A DNA stretch of 64,000 nucleotides from Candidatus Binatia bacterium. GTDB lineage: Bacteria; Desulfobacterota; Binatia; HRBIN30. Location of the stretch: NCBI GenBank assembly GCA_038245295.1, contig JBBRSP010000003.1, forward strand, positions 32,001 to 96,000, written 5' to 3'. Positions 1 to 9,334 of this stretch are shown in pieces. The notes beneath the pieces were generated by a model, which was not told where the DNA came from, did no database searches, and worked only from the letters and a program-made list of their open reading frames with translations. The first letter of the stretch is position 1. Each line of letters opens with the position of its first letter. A program made the position numbers and the translations under genes.

Positions 1-854
1 TCAAAGCTCGGCTTGGCGTTGATGTCGGCGATCAACCACGTGCCGTCCGCCGCGATGGCGGCGCGAATCGCGTGCATGACGCGATCGGGATGGGTCATGT
101 CGTGCAAGCAATCGAACGTGGTGATGAAGTCGAAATCGCCGCTGGGTGGCAGCGGATCGTTCGTCGGGTTGTGAAACTGTACGTTGCTCAAGCCAGCCTG
201 TGCGGCGTTTTCGGTGGCGCGATGCAGAGCATGGTTCGAAATGTCGTAGCCGTGGAACTGCGATTGCGGATAAGCCTTTGCCATTTCGATCAACGCCACG
301 CCGGTGCCGCAGCCGATGTCGGCTACCTTTGCCCCACGTTCGAGCTTGGTAACGACACCGTCGAGTTGCGGCAGCGCCAACGGAACAAGGATGGTGCGAA
401 ACCACGGTGCGAAGCCGCGTTCGATGCCGACCGCACCTTCGGGCCCGAAGGCGTCATAGGGTAGGCCGACTCCGCTTTTGAAGGATTCGGGGAGACGTTC
501 GATGACAGCGAACTGGGCCGGCAGCGAAGAGAACACGCCGGCCGCGAAGAACGGGCTGTCTTCGTTCGCCAGCACCAGCTCGGCTTCGGGACCAAGCTCG
601 AACCGACCCTCGCCACGGTATGCGATGACATGCGCCGCCGCTTGTTGGCGCAACCATTCACGCACCCAGCGCTCATGCAGGCCGCTCTTGGATGCGAGCT
701 CGTCGCTAGTCATCGCGCCGGCACCGTGCATCGACTTGTAGAGACCGAGACGGTCTCCGAGGTAGATCATGCCGGCGGTGGCGGCGCCGCTCATGTGCGA
801 GAAGACGCTGAACAGGAAACCTTTGAGGCGATCAGGATCGAGTGCTTCGGCCAT
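1..854 (-). CDS. Class I SAM-dependent methyltransferase with N-terminal winged helix (Rv2258c-like); 3' end runs off the window
   Basis: Hand translation from ATG at 854: MAEALDPDRLKGFLFSVFSHMSGAATAGMIYLGDRLGLY...ERWVREWL...VADIGCGTG (SAM motif I)...FHGYDIS. Absent from the ORF track because the stop lies outside the window. Confidence 0.85.
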   Translation of the reverse strand, partial: MAEALDPDRLKGFLFSVFSHMSGAATAGMIYLGDRLGLYKSMHGAGAMTSDELASKSGLHERWVREWLRQQAAAHVIAYRGEGRFELGPEAELVLANEDSPFFAAGVFSSLPAQFAVIERLPESFKSGVGLPYDAFGPEGAVGIERGFAPWFRTILVPLALPQLDGVVTKLERGAKVADIGCGTGVALIEMAKAYPQSQFHGYDISNHALHRATENAAQAGLSNVQFHNPTNDPLPPSGDFDFITTFDCLHDMTHPDRVMHAIRAAIAADGTWLIADINAKPSF

Positions 855-976
855 GGGCCGACCCTACCGTCTTGGTTGCAGAGCGGCAAGCACGCCGGGC
901 TGGATGCATCGACCGCCCCCTTTGGTCGGTGACGTCCTTTCGATTTGTCTTTGGTGTGGTATGACGCGCACGCCCG

Positions 977-3367
977 ATGGAGTCTCTCGCCATAGTCTTG
1001 CGGCGTATTCCGCTCTTCGCCACGCTTCCGCCGGGGAGTTTCGCCAAAATCATCGCCGACCTACGTGAGGAGACCTATGAAGCGGGGGCAGTGATCTGCT
1101 TCGAGGGCGACGAAGCGAGCGATTTCTACATCATCAAATCAGGACAGGCTGACGTCTACGTCAATCGCGGTGGCAACGAGCGCGAGCTCGTGGCTGTGAA
1201 CGGCCCGAACGAGTGGTTCGGCGAACGCGCCCTGTTTTCCGATCGACCGCGCTCGGCCACCGTGGTGGCGCGCAGCGCGATGACGGTCTGGCGTCTGACG
1301 AAAGAGAAGTTCGACGGGCTGATGGAGGAAAATCCACGGCTCATCATGCAGTTTACCCAGGTTCTCAGCGATCGCTTGTATCGCGGCAATCAGGAACTTT
1401 CGAAGGTCAACGCGGCGTTCGTGCAGCAGATCTCGTGTCTGATCGATGCCGAGCCGCCGGAGATGTGTTCGCTGCTTCTCCAGGGCGCCGCCTTTCGAGC
1501 ACTCGATCCTGGCATGCTGCGCGCCGTCCTCGGTGAAGGAGCGGCCGATACGCTTCTCCGGCACGCTGCGGAGTTGCCGGCGGTTACCAGTCGTCGCGAT
1601 GGCAAACTGGTTTTCTCGGATGCGGTACGTGAATTTCTGCTGGCGCGCGCCAAGAGGGATCTAGGCTTCGAGTCGGTGCATGACCTGCAGGCACGCGGCG
1701 CTGCCTATTTCGAGCAGGCGGGGCAGTGGGATCATGCCGTCGATCTATTCATCCACGCCGAGCGCTTTCATGATGCGGCGCGTCTCGTAGCGGCGCACGC
1801 CGACGAGATTTTTCGCGACGAGCGTTTCGACGCGTTGCAAGCATGGATCGCCGAGCTGCCGCCGGACGTCTCATGGGCGTTTCTCGCCGACGTACGCCGA
1901 CGTTTCGACGAACGCCAGGCGGCTCGCTCGTTGGCGAGCCAAGGGCCGGTAGCTCGCAAAGCGCGCATTCCAGCCGAGGCCTGGACTCTCCTTGGCGGGA
2001 TCATCGGCGTCGTTGGTGGCGTGGCCTTGTGGCTAACTCCTCCGCCCGAGGGGCTCGACCTGGCCGGCATGAAGATGCTCGGCTTGCTGGCCTGGGCCGC
2101 GGCGTTCTGGGCCTTCGATGTTCTGCCCGACTATGTTGTCGGACTTGGCTTGATCATCGGCTGGATCGTCTTCGGCGTCGTGCCGGCCGAGGTTGCGGTG
2201 TCGGGCTTTACGACGAGCCCGTTCTTTTTGATCATCGGCGTTCTCGGCATCGGCGCGTCGTTACAGAGCTCCGGTCTACTGTTTCGCTTGGCGCTGCAGG
2301 TTTTGCAGCGCTTTCCGCTGACACATCGCGGCCAATGGCTCGGCCTGGCGCTGAGCGGCACGGCGATCACGCCCGGAATTCCGGACGTGACGTGTGGCAT
2401 CGCCATCGCGAGCCCGATTATTTTGGCCCTCTCCGATTCGCTTGGGTACAAACACCGCAGCAACGGGTCGGCGGGTATCGCCATGGCCGCGGTGCTCGGC
2501 TTTGGTCAGATGAGCCCATTCTTTCTCACCGGCGCCGCCGAGAATCTTCTCGCCTGGGGGCTCTTGCCCGAGGCAACACGCGCCGGAATCTCGTGGGTCG
2601 GCTACTTCGAGGCCGCCTTGCCGTTGGCGATCGTTACCTTCGTTCTCGCCTTCATCAGTACGATGCTGCTGCTACCCACGGAGATCCAGCCGACGGTATC
2701 GCGTGGGCTCATTGCGACACAGATCGAGGCCCTCGGGCCGGTGTCGCGCGCCGAGGCGGTGAACGGCGCCGTGCTGCTTGGCGCGATCATTGGTTGGGTG
2801 ACGGCGCCTTACCATGGAATCGACGTGGCCTGGGTCGCGATGATCGGCTTGGCGGTTCTGTTGTCGGCGAACTACCTCGATCGTGGCTCGTTCCGCGCCG
2901 GTATCTATTGGGACTTCATCTTCTACCTCGGCGCCGTGCTCAGCTTGACCAGTGTCGTGCACACGGTCGGCGTCGACAAATGGGTTGTTGGTCTGCTGAC
3001 ACCGATTCTCGCGCCGCTCGCCCAGAATCCGAAGATGTTCTTGTTCTTCGTCGCGATCGCCGTCATGGCCGCACGCTTCGTGCTTCCCAGTTTTCCGCTG
3101 GTATCGGTGCTGGTGTTGACGCTCGCACCCATCGCCATGCCCGCCGGGATCGACGCCTTGGCGCTCATTCTGGTGATCTGCACCTGTGTGTGCGTCTGGT
3201 TCCTGCCCTACCAGAGCCCCTACTACCTGGCTCTCTACTTCGGCACCAAGGAGAAAGCCTTCACCCATGGGCAAGTGCGCCCCGTGGCCTGGAGCTACGG
3301 TCTCATCTATTTGATCGCTATCGTCGTTGCGCTGCCCTACTGGCACTGGCTCGGCCTCATACAGTAA
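977..3367 (+). CDS. Fusion protein: cNMP-binding domain + MalT-like helical region + DASS/SLC13-family anion transporter
   Basis: N-terminal FGERALFSDRPRSAT phosphate-binding cassette; middle helical segment ending LQAWIAELPPD; C-terminal multi-TM region with PPPEGL, VAVSGF, FLTGAAEN and WFLPYQ motifs typical of DASS. Confidence 0.8.
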   Translation: MESLAIVLRRIPLFATLPPGSFAKIIADLREETYEAGAVICFEGDEASDFYIIKSGQADVYVNRGGNERELVAVNGPNEWFGERALFSDRPRSATVVARSAMTVWRLTKEKFDGLMEENPRLIMQFTQVLSDRLYRGNQELSKVNAAFVQQISCLIDAEPPEMCSLLLQGAAFRALDPGMLRAVLGEGAADTLLRHAAELPAVTSRRDGKLVFSDAVREFLLARAKRDLGFESVHDLQARGAAYFEQAGQWDHAVDLFIHAERFHDAARLVAAHADEIFRDERFDALQAWIAELPPDVSWAFLADVRRRFDERQAARSLASQGPVARKARIPAEAWTLLGGIIGVVGGVALWLTPPPEGLDLAGMKMLGLLAWAAAFWAFDVLPDYVVGLGLIIGWIVFGVVPAEVAVSGFTTSPFFLIIGVLGIGASLQSSGLLFRLALQVLQRFPLTHRGQWLGLALSGTAITPGIPDVTCGIAIASPIILALSDSLGYKHRSNGSAGIAMAAVLGFGQMSPFFLTGAAENLLAWGLLPEATRAGISWVGYFEAALPLAIVTFVLAFISTMLLLPTEIQPTVSRGLIATQIEALGPVSRAEAVNGAVLLGAIIGWVTAPYHGIDVAWVAMIGLAVLLSANYLDRGSFRAGIYWDFIFYLGAVLSLTSVVHTVGVDKWVVGLLTPILAPLAQNPKMFLFFVAIAVMAARFVLPSFPLVSVLVLTLAPIAMPAGIDALALILVICTCVCVWFLPYQSPYYLALYFGTKEKAFTHGQVRPVAWSYGLIYLIAIVVALPYWHWLGLIQ

Positions 3368-3398
3368 CGCACCGTCGCCGGAATCCCGTTGCCGCATC

Positions 3399-3479
3399 GT
3401 AGGGGCGGCTCGCGAGCCGTCCGGTTCGGCCCGCCGGCATCAAGCGCCGGCCGCCGTCTCTCTCGCGAGGCACCCCTAC
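3399..3479. repeat. GTAG-type REP-like inverted doublet
   Basis: GTAGGGGCGGCTCGCGAGCCGTCC ... GAGGCACCCCTAC between convergent genes. Confidence 0.5.
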
Positions 3480-3491
3480 GACGAGATCCAA

Positions 3492-4697
3492 CTACGCTAC
3501 GGCCTGCATTCCGTCGCGTGAGCCGATCGCCACGAACCGCCGATCATGCGGCCCTTCGTACAAACAGTCGGGGCGGATGAGGCGGCCGTGTTCGAGGTGC
3601 TCCAACACATGCGCGGTCCAACCGGCGCTGCGGCCGATGGCGAAGGTCGGCGAGAACAAGTCGGTGCTCAAGCCGATACCGTGTAGGAGGAGCGCCGTAT
3701 AGAACTCGACGTTCGTCGCCAGCGCGCGCTCCGGCTTGAGCTCGGCGAGTACCCGTAGGACAGCATCCTCGACGACGCGCGCATTGTCGTAAAGCTCGCG
3801 TTCACCGGCATCCTGGAACAGCTTGTCGGCCGCCGCGCCGAGCACGTCGGCACGGGGATCGCGAACTTTGTAAACGCGATGCCCGAATCCCATGATGCGG
3901 CCGCCCTGAGTGACGACGTCCCGCACATACGCATCGGCCTCCTCGGCGAGTGAGCGGCCGCTGCTGCGGGCTCTGCCGGCGATGGCGAAAACCATGTCCA
4001 ACGCCGGGCCCGGGGCGCCACCGTGCAGCGGTCCCTTGAGTGCACCGATGGCGCCGGTGATCGCCGAGACGATGTCGGACTGCGTGCTGATGATGACGCG
4101 GGCCGTGAACGTCGAGGCGTTCATGCCGTGGTCGGAGACCGTGTTGAGATACGTCTCGAGTGCGCGCGCCTCGGCGGCGTGTGGTTCGGAGCCGCGCAGC
4201 ATGTAAAGGTAATTGGCGGCGTGTCCCAGGTCGGCGCGCGGTGTCACCGGCTCCAGCGCCGCACGCAGTCGCGCGTGACTGGCAACGAGGGCGGGCAAAC
4301 GAGCCACGATCGTCGCAGCCTGATCGCGAGGCGTGCTGCCGGCAGGCATGTCGAGGCTCAACGTTGCCGCTCCCATGCGTAAGGCATCCATGGGAGCAAT
4401 CTGCGCCGCCGCCGCGGCGCGCAGCAGCGTCGCGGTCGCCGCCGGCAGGGTTCGCTGATTCGCCATCTCCTCACGCAGGGCGGCGAGCTCGGCGCGTCCC
4501 GGCAAGCGATCGTGCCAAAGGAGATAGAGAACCTCCTCGAAGGACGCCTGCGGCGCGAGGTCCTCGAGCGGGAAACCGGCAATCGTCAGATGGCCGCCGA
4601 GCCCATCGACGTCACTCAAGCGTGTACGAGTGGCGACGACGCCCTCGAGGCCTTCGGCGACGCGGCGCAGAGTGGATGGAGTTTGTTTTCGTGCCAT
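3492..4697 (-). CDS. Citrate synthase (short, CitA/methylcitrate synthase-like type)
   Basis: GLEGVVA, DHGMNASTFTAR, GPLHGGA, MGFGHRVY, DPRA and TNVEFY motifs. Start placed at ATG 4697 behind an AGGAG RBS. Confidence 0.9.
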   Translation of the reverse strand: MARKQTPSTLRRVAEGLEGVVATRTRLSDVDGLGGHLTIAGFPLEDLAPQASFEEVLYLLWHDRLPGRAELAALREEMANQRTLPAATATLLRAAAAAQIAPMDALRMGAATLSLDMPAGSTPRDQAATIVARLPALVASHARLRAALEPVTPRADLGHAANYLYMLRGSEPHAAEARALETYLNTVSDHGMNASTFTARVIISTQSDIVSAITGAIGALKGPLHGGAPGPALDMVFAIAGRARSSGRSLAEEADAYVRDVVTQGGRIMGFGHRVYKVRDPRADVLGAAADKLFQDAGERELYDNARVVEDAVLRVLAELKPERALATNVEFYTALLLHGIGLSTDLFSPTFAIGRSAGWTAHVLEHLEHGRLIRPDCLYEGPHDRRFVAIGSRDGMQAVA

Positions 4698-4738
4698 GGC
4701 TGAATCTCCTTTCGTCGGCACGGATTCAAATAACAGCA

Positions 4739-4791
4739 TGACATTGTCAATCTTGATCAATGCATCAATATATGGAGCCGCGAATCAATAT
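4739..4791. promoter_or_regulatory. Putative operator in a divergent promoter region
   Basis: AT-rich patch with palindromes TGACA-T-TGTCA (4739-4749) and TTGATCAA (4753-4760). TCAAT occurs at 4747, 4757, 4765 and 4785; ATCAATAT occurs twice. Confidence 0.55.
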
Positions 4792-4807
4792 GGTGTACAG
4801 GCGTCGT

Positions 4808-6010
4808 ATGTCGACGTTTCTGAGTGCGGCGGAAGCCGCCGCCGAGTTGGGCATCAACGTCCCAACGTTGTATGCGTATGTGAGCCGCGGCCTGCTGCGA
4901 TCGGAGGCGGAGCGCGGTTCGCGTCGCCGCCGTTATCTTGCCGACGACGTCTGGACGCTGAAGCAGCGCAAGGTGCACCGGGCCGACCCCGCGGCGGCGG
5001 CGCAGGGGGCGTTGCACTGGGGCTTCCCTGTTCTCGAGTCGCGGCTCTCCGTCATTCAAGGTGGACGCCTGTTCTATCGTGGTCGCGACGTCGTGGCGCT
5101 GGCGCAGACGGCATCGTTGGAGCAGGCCGCCTGTCTTCTGTGGTGTGGTGATCCGAATTGGCCGTTTCCGGAAGATGTCTTGGTTCCGGCGGACTGGAAG
5201 AACATCGTACGCACGGCGCATCTGTTGCCGCCGCTCGAAGCCCTGCAGGTATGCCTGGCATTTGCGGCAGCGGCGGATTCGCACGCGTTCGATTTGCGCG
5301 CCGCCGCGGTGCAGCGAGCGGGAGCACGTATCCTGCGCCTGTTGGCGGCGGCGGTGGCGGGTGTGCGGCCGGCAGCGATCCCGGTGGCGCGTGTCTTGCG
5401 CCAGCGCTGGTGCGGTGCCGACGAATCGGCCGAACGTCTGTTGCAGGCGATGTTGGTGCTGTATGCCGACAATGGACTCAATCCTTCGAGCTTTACCGCG
5501 CGCTGCGTTGCCTCGGCAGGTTCAACGCCGTATGCCGTGGTGTCGGCCGGCCTTGCGGCGTTGCAGGGATCGAAACACGGTGGGGCCTGTGAACGCGCCG
5601 CCGGCGTCATCGACGAGCTGAAAGATGCGCGGGCGGCGACGCGTCTGGTGACGGCGCGGCTGCGGCGCGGGGAGTCGATCCCCGGCTTCGGCCACCCGCT
5701 TTATCCAGCCGGTGATCCGCGCGGGGCGTTCTTGATGGAGTTGTTGCGCGAACACCGGGCGCGCTCGCCGGAAGTGCGGCGGGCGATGGCGTTGGTCAAT
5801 ACGGTTGGCGACCTGATGGGTGAGAAGCCGACCATCGACTTTGGTGTCGTGGCGGTCTGCCGAGCTCTCGAGTTGCCGCCATCGGCCCCTTTGGCGTTGC
5901 TCGGGATCGCGCGCGTTGTGGGCTGGATTGCCCATGGGCTCGAGCAGTACGAAGAAGGGCGCGAAATTAGGCCACGGGCGCGGTACGCCGGCGAAATGCC
6001 ACGCGCTTAG
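4808..6010 (+). CDS. Citrate synthase family protein with N-terminal helix-turn-helix (MerR/HTH_17-like)
   Basis: MSTFLSAAEAAAELGINVPTLYAYVSRGLL HTH, followed by a CS fold with ADNGLNPSSFTAR, KHGGA, PGFGHPLY, DPR and TIDFG. Confidence 0.85.
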   Translation: MSTFLSAAEAAAELGINVPTLYAYVSRGLLRSEAERGSRRRRYLADDVWTLKQRKVHRADPAAAAQGALHWGFPVLESRLSVIQGGRLFYRGRDVVALAQTASLEQAACLLWCGDPNWPFPEDVLVPADWKNIVRTAHLLPPLEALQVCLAFAAAADSHAFDLRAAAVQRAGARILRLLAAAVAGVRPAAIPVARVLRQRWCGADESAERLLQAMLVLYADNGLNPSSFTARCVASAGSTPYAVVSAGLAALQGSKHGGACERAAGVIDELKDARAATRLVTARLRRGESIPGFGHPLYPAGDPRGAFLMELLREHRARSPEVRRAMALVNTVGDLMGEKPTIDFGVVAVCRALELPPSAPLALLGIARVVGWIAHGLEQYEEGREIRPRARYAGEMPRA

Positions 6011-6016
6011 CGCGCG

Positions 6017-7558
6017 ATGAGAAGGATGGGACAAATGATCGTTGAAACGAGTTGCGGCAAGTTGGAAGGAACGAACGAAGCGGGGCTCGATGTGTTTCGC
6101 GGCATTCCCTACGCCGAGCCTCCCGAGCGCTTTCGGGCGCCGCAACACAAGCAACCCTGGGCCGGGGTGCGCGATGCATCCCGCTTTGGTGCCGGGGCGC
6201 CGCAAAACCCCAGCCTGCTTGGGCCGATGCTCGGCATCGAAGTGGGGGACGCCAGCGAGAATTGCCTGTTCCTTAACGTCTGGACACCGGCAGCCGACAG
6301 CGGTCGGCGGCCGGTCATGGTTTGGATCCATGGCGGCGCGTTCGTCATGGGCGCCGGGTCGCAGTCGATGTATGACGGCGCGGCCATGGCGCGACGTGGC
6401 GATGTGGTGGTGGTGACGATCAACTACCGTCTCGGTGCGTTGGGGTATCTGCATCTGGGCGAGCTCGCCGATGGCAGCGAGTTGTTCGCCGACAACCTCG
6501 GCCTGCGTGATCAAGTTGCGGCGCTCGAATGGGTACAGACGGAAATTGCCGCGTTCGGTGGCGATCCGCACAATGTCACGATCTTCGGCGAGTCGGCCGG
6601 ATCAATCAGTGTCGCCAACCTGCTCGGCACACCGTCGGCGCGCGGGTTGTTTCAGCGTGCCATCCTGCAGAGTGGGGCGGCGAACTTTGTGTCGTCGCGG
6701 GCGCAGGCGACAAAGGTTGCCGAGGCGTTCTGCACGGCGTTGGATATCCACCCGCGTGAGATCGAGCGCCTCCGCGATGTTCCGGTGGCGCAGCTCCTCG
6801 ACGTGCAACAGCGCATCCTGGTGAGTTGGGCCGGCCGCGTGCGCGGCATCACCTACCAGCCCGTGATCGATGGCGACATCCTGCCGCGCGCACCCTTCGA
6901 GTCGATCGCCGCCGGAGAGGCGCGCGACATCAGCCTCATCGTCGGCACCAACCTCGACGAAATGAAACTCTTCTCCTTCATGGACCCGGAAGCGCGCGAT
7001 CTCGATCTGGATCGGCTGCGGGGGCGCTGCGAGAAGCGAATTCCGGGAGCCGACAGCCACGGACGAAGCCACGCCGCGCGGCTGATCACGACATACACCG
7101 AGGCGCGTCAGAGCCGCGGCGAGAAGACGACGGCGCCCGAGTTGTGGTTCGCGATCGATTCGGATCGCATGTTCCGCGTCCCGGCGATGCACTTGGCCGA
7201 AGCTCAGGCGCGGCATCAGGCCAATACCTATGCGTATCTCTTCACCTGGCCGTCACCGTTCATGGACGGCGCCCTCGGCGCCTGTCACGCGCTGGAGTTA
7301 CCGTTCGTCTTTGGCAGCATCGGCCAACCCATGCTCGCCTCGTTCGCTGGGAGTGGCCCACCGGCGTTGCGACTCAGCGAACGGATGCAGGAGTCGTGGG
7401 TGTCGTTTGCCCACAGTGGTCGGCCGCAAAGCGCCGATCTAGGGGCGTGGCGCGGCTACGACGGCGCGGCGCGCGATACGATGATCTTTGGTGCCGAGTG
7501 CGGCATCGAGTCGGCGCCACGTGAAGCGGAGCGACAGGTTTGGAATTCGATTGGCTAG
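6017..7558 (+). CDS. Type B carboxylesterase/lipase (PnbA-like)
   Basis: FRGIPYAEPP, ENCLFLNVWTP, WIHGGAF, GESAG nucleophile motif, GACHALEL. Confidence 0.92.
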   Translation: MRRMGQMIVETSCGKLEGTNEAGLDVFRGIPYAEPPERFRAPQHKQPWAGVRDASRFGAGAPQNPSLLGPMLGIEVGDASENCLFLNVWTPAADSGRRPVMVWIHGGAFVMGAGSQSMYDGAAMARRGDVVVVTINYRLGALGYLHLGELADGSELFADNLGLRDQVAALEWVQTEIAAFGGDPHNVTIFGESAGSISVANLLGTPSARGLFQRAILQSGAANFVSSRAQATKVAEAFCTALDIHPREIERLRDVPVAQLLDVQQRILVSWAGRVRGITYQPVIDGDILPRAPFESIAAGEARDISLIVGTNLDEMKLFSFMDPEARDLDLDRLRGRCEKRIPGADSHGRSHAARLITTYTEARQSRGEKTTAPELWFAIDSDRMFRVPAMHLAEAQARHQANTYAYLFTWPSPFMDGALGACHALELPFVFGSIGQPMLASFAGSGPPALRLSERMQESWVSFAHSGRPQSADLGAWRGYDGAARDTMIFGAECGIESAPREAERQVWNSIG

Positions 7559-7564
7559 GCCGTG

Positions 7565-7609
7565 CCGACCAGTCGGACCGGCCGGACCGATCCGACCAGT
7601 CCGACCGAT
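7565..7609. repeat. 5 x 9-bp degenerate tandem repeat
   Basis: ccgaccagt cggaccggc cggaccgat ccgaccagt ccgaccgat, between convergent genes. Confidence 0.8.
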
Positions 7610-7623
7610 CGAAACGGTTCATC

Positions 7624-8394
7624 CTACTTCGGAGGCATACGGATCGCGCCGTCGAGGCGGATCGTTTCACCGTTGAGGTAGGTATTCTCGACGATGTGCA
7701 CCGCCAGGGCGGCGAACTCGGGCGGTTGTCCGAGGCGCTGCGGAAACGGGATGTTGGCGGCCAACGCCTGGCGCGCCGGCTCGGGTAGCATCGCGAGCAT
7801 GGGCGTGTCGAACGTGCCCGGCGCGATTGTCAGGCAACGGATGCCGTCACGTGACAGGTCACGGGCGATCGGCAGCGTCATGCCGACGACGCCGCCCTTC
7901 GAGGCGGAGTAGGCCGCCTGGCCGATCTGACCGTCGAAGGCGGCGACCGACGCGGTGTTGATCAACACGCCGCGCTCGCCGTCGCTGCTCGGCGTGTTCT
8001 TCAACATTTCGGTAGCGGCGAGGCGGATGACGTTGAAGGTGCCGATCAAGTTGATGCGGATCACCATCTCGAACATCTCGAGCGGCATTGGGCCACCCTT
8101 GCCGGTGGTCTTCATCGCGGCGCCGGTACCGGCGCAGTTCACGGCGATCTGTAGACTGCCAAATTTGGCGACGGTCGCCTGAATCGCTTGTGTCACCTGG
8201 TCGCTGTTGGTGACGTCGGCGACGGCGAACAGGCACTTGTCCTCGCCAAAACTCTTGGCGAGTTCAGCGCCGGCCGAATTTGGCCGGTCGAGGATGGCGA
8301 CGCGTGCCCCCTTGTCGATCAATGCCTTCACCGTGGCTCCGCCGAGGCCCGAGGCGCCGCCGGTCACCAACGCTACCGCTCCGTCGATCTTCAT
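7624..8394 (-). CDS. SDR oxidoreductase, 3-hydroxyacyl-CoA dehydrogenase type II (HSD10-like)
   Basis: TGGASGLG, NCAG, NTASVAAFDGQIGQAAYSASKGG, NGETIRLDGAIRM. AAGGAG RBS before ATG 8394. Confidence 0.92.
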   Translation of the reverse strand: MKIDGAVALVTGGASGLGGATVKALIDKGARVAILDRPNSAGAELAKSFGEDKCLFAVADVTNSDQVTQAIQATVAKFGSLQIAVNCAGTGAAMKTTGKGGPMPLEMFEMVIRINLIGTFNVIRLAATEMLKNTPSSDGERGVLINTASVAAFDGQIGQAAYSASKGGVVGMTLPIARDLSRDGIRCLTIAPGTFDTPMLAMLPEPARQALAANIPFPQRLGQPPEFAALAVHIVENTYLNGETIRLDGAIRMPPK

Positions 8395-8525
8395 TGCATG
8401 GTCTCCTTGTCTGCTGATGTGCCCGCTGCGGGGCGACGCCTGATGTAACATCTGAGGGGCTCCGGTCAACGCGGGTGGAGCGGGGTGAGTTGCAAAGGGA
8501 ACCCATCCTTTGCCAAGCTGTGGGC

Positions 8526-9332
8526 ATGCATCCAAATCGCAAGCTGGTTCCGTGGGGCCTCTTCCTCGTGTGCGCGATGGGCGCGGCGTGTTCGACGGTG
8601 CCCTACACCAATCGCTCACAGTTCGTCATGGTCGATGCGGCGCAAGAAAACTCGATGGGCGCCGCGGCGTACAAGCAGGTGCTCGCCAAGGAGACGCTGA
8701 GTAAGAACGCGGCCGCCGTGAGCATCGTGCGTGAGGTTGGCGAACGCATCGCGCGCGCTGCCAATCGGCCCGACTTTCAGTGGGAGTTCAATGTCATCGA
8801 AAAGGACGAGGCCAATGCCTGGGCGCTGCCGGGTGGCAAGGTGGCGGTGTACACGGGCCTGTTCCCGATCGCCAAAGACACGGCTGGTCTGGCGGCGGTT
8901 ATGGGGCACGAGGTGGCGCACGTGCTGGCGCACCACGGCGCCGAGCGCCAAAGCCAGGGGGTGTTGGCCGAGATGGGCGGCGTGTTGCTCGGCGTCGGGC
9001 TGTCGACGCAAGGCATGAGCCCTGGGGCCGTGAATGCGGCGATGCAGGTCTACGGTGCAGGCGCCGCGGTCGGCATCATGCTGCCGTTCAGTCGGGAGCA
9101 CGAGTCGGAGGCCGACCACATCGGCATGATCCTGATGGCCAAAGCCGGCTACGACCCGGAGGCAGCCCTGCAATTGTGGCGTCGTTTCGAGTCGGCTGGT
9201 GGCGCGGCGCCGCCGGAGTTCCTGTCGACGCATCCAAATCCGTCGACACGCCAAGAAGATATTCAGAAGTGGCTACCCGAGGCACGCGGCTACCTGCGCC
9301 CCGACTACAAGGCCCCGGTGAAGACGCTGTAG
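8526..9332 (+). CDS. M48 family metallopeptidase, probable lipoprotein
   Basis: Signal peptide with AAC lipobox-like site; NAWALPGG, HEVAH, FSREHESEAD, FLSTHP. Confidence 0.9.
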   Translation: MHPNRKLVPWGLFLVCAMGAACSTVPYTNRSQFVMVDAAQENSMGAAAYKQVLAKETLSKNAAAVSIVREVGERIARAANRPDFQWEFNVIEKDEANAWALPGGKVAVYTGLFPIAKDTAGLAAVMGHEVAHVLAHHGAERQSQGVLAEMGGVLLGVGLSTQGMSPGAVNAAMQVYGAGAAVGIMLPFSREHESEADHIGMILMAKAGYDPEAALQLWRRFESAGGAAPPEFLSTHPNPSTRQEDIQKWLPEARGYLRPDYKAPVKTL

Positions 9333-9334
9333 GC

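Noticed and set aside
1843..3402. Many long overlapping or antisense ORFs (e.g. 1843-3402, 20317-22170, 47105-48724)
   Set aside because: Shadow frames typical of high-GC coding DNA; Arg/Ala/Gly-rich with no recognisable motifs.
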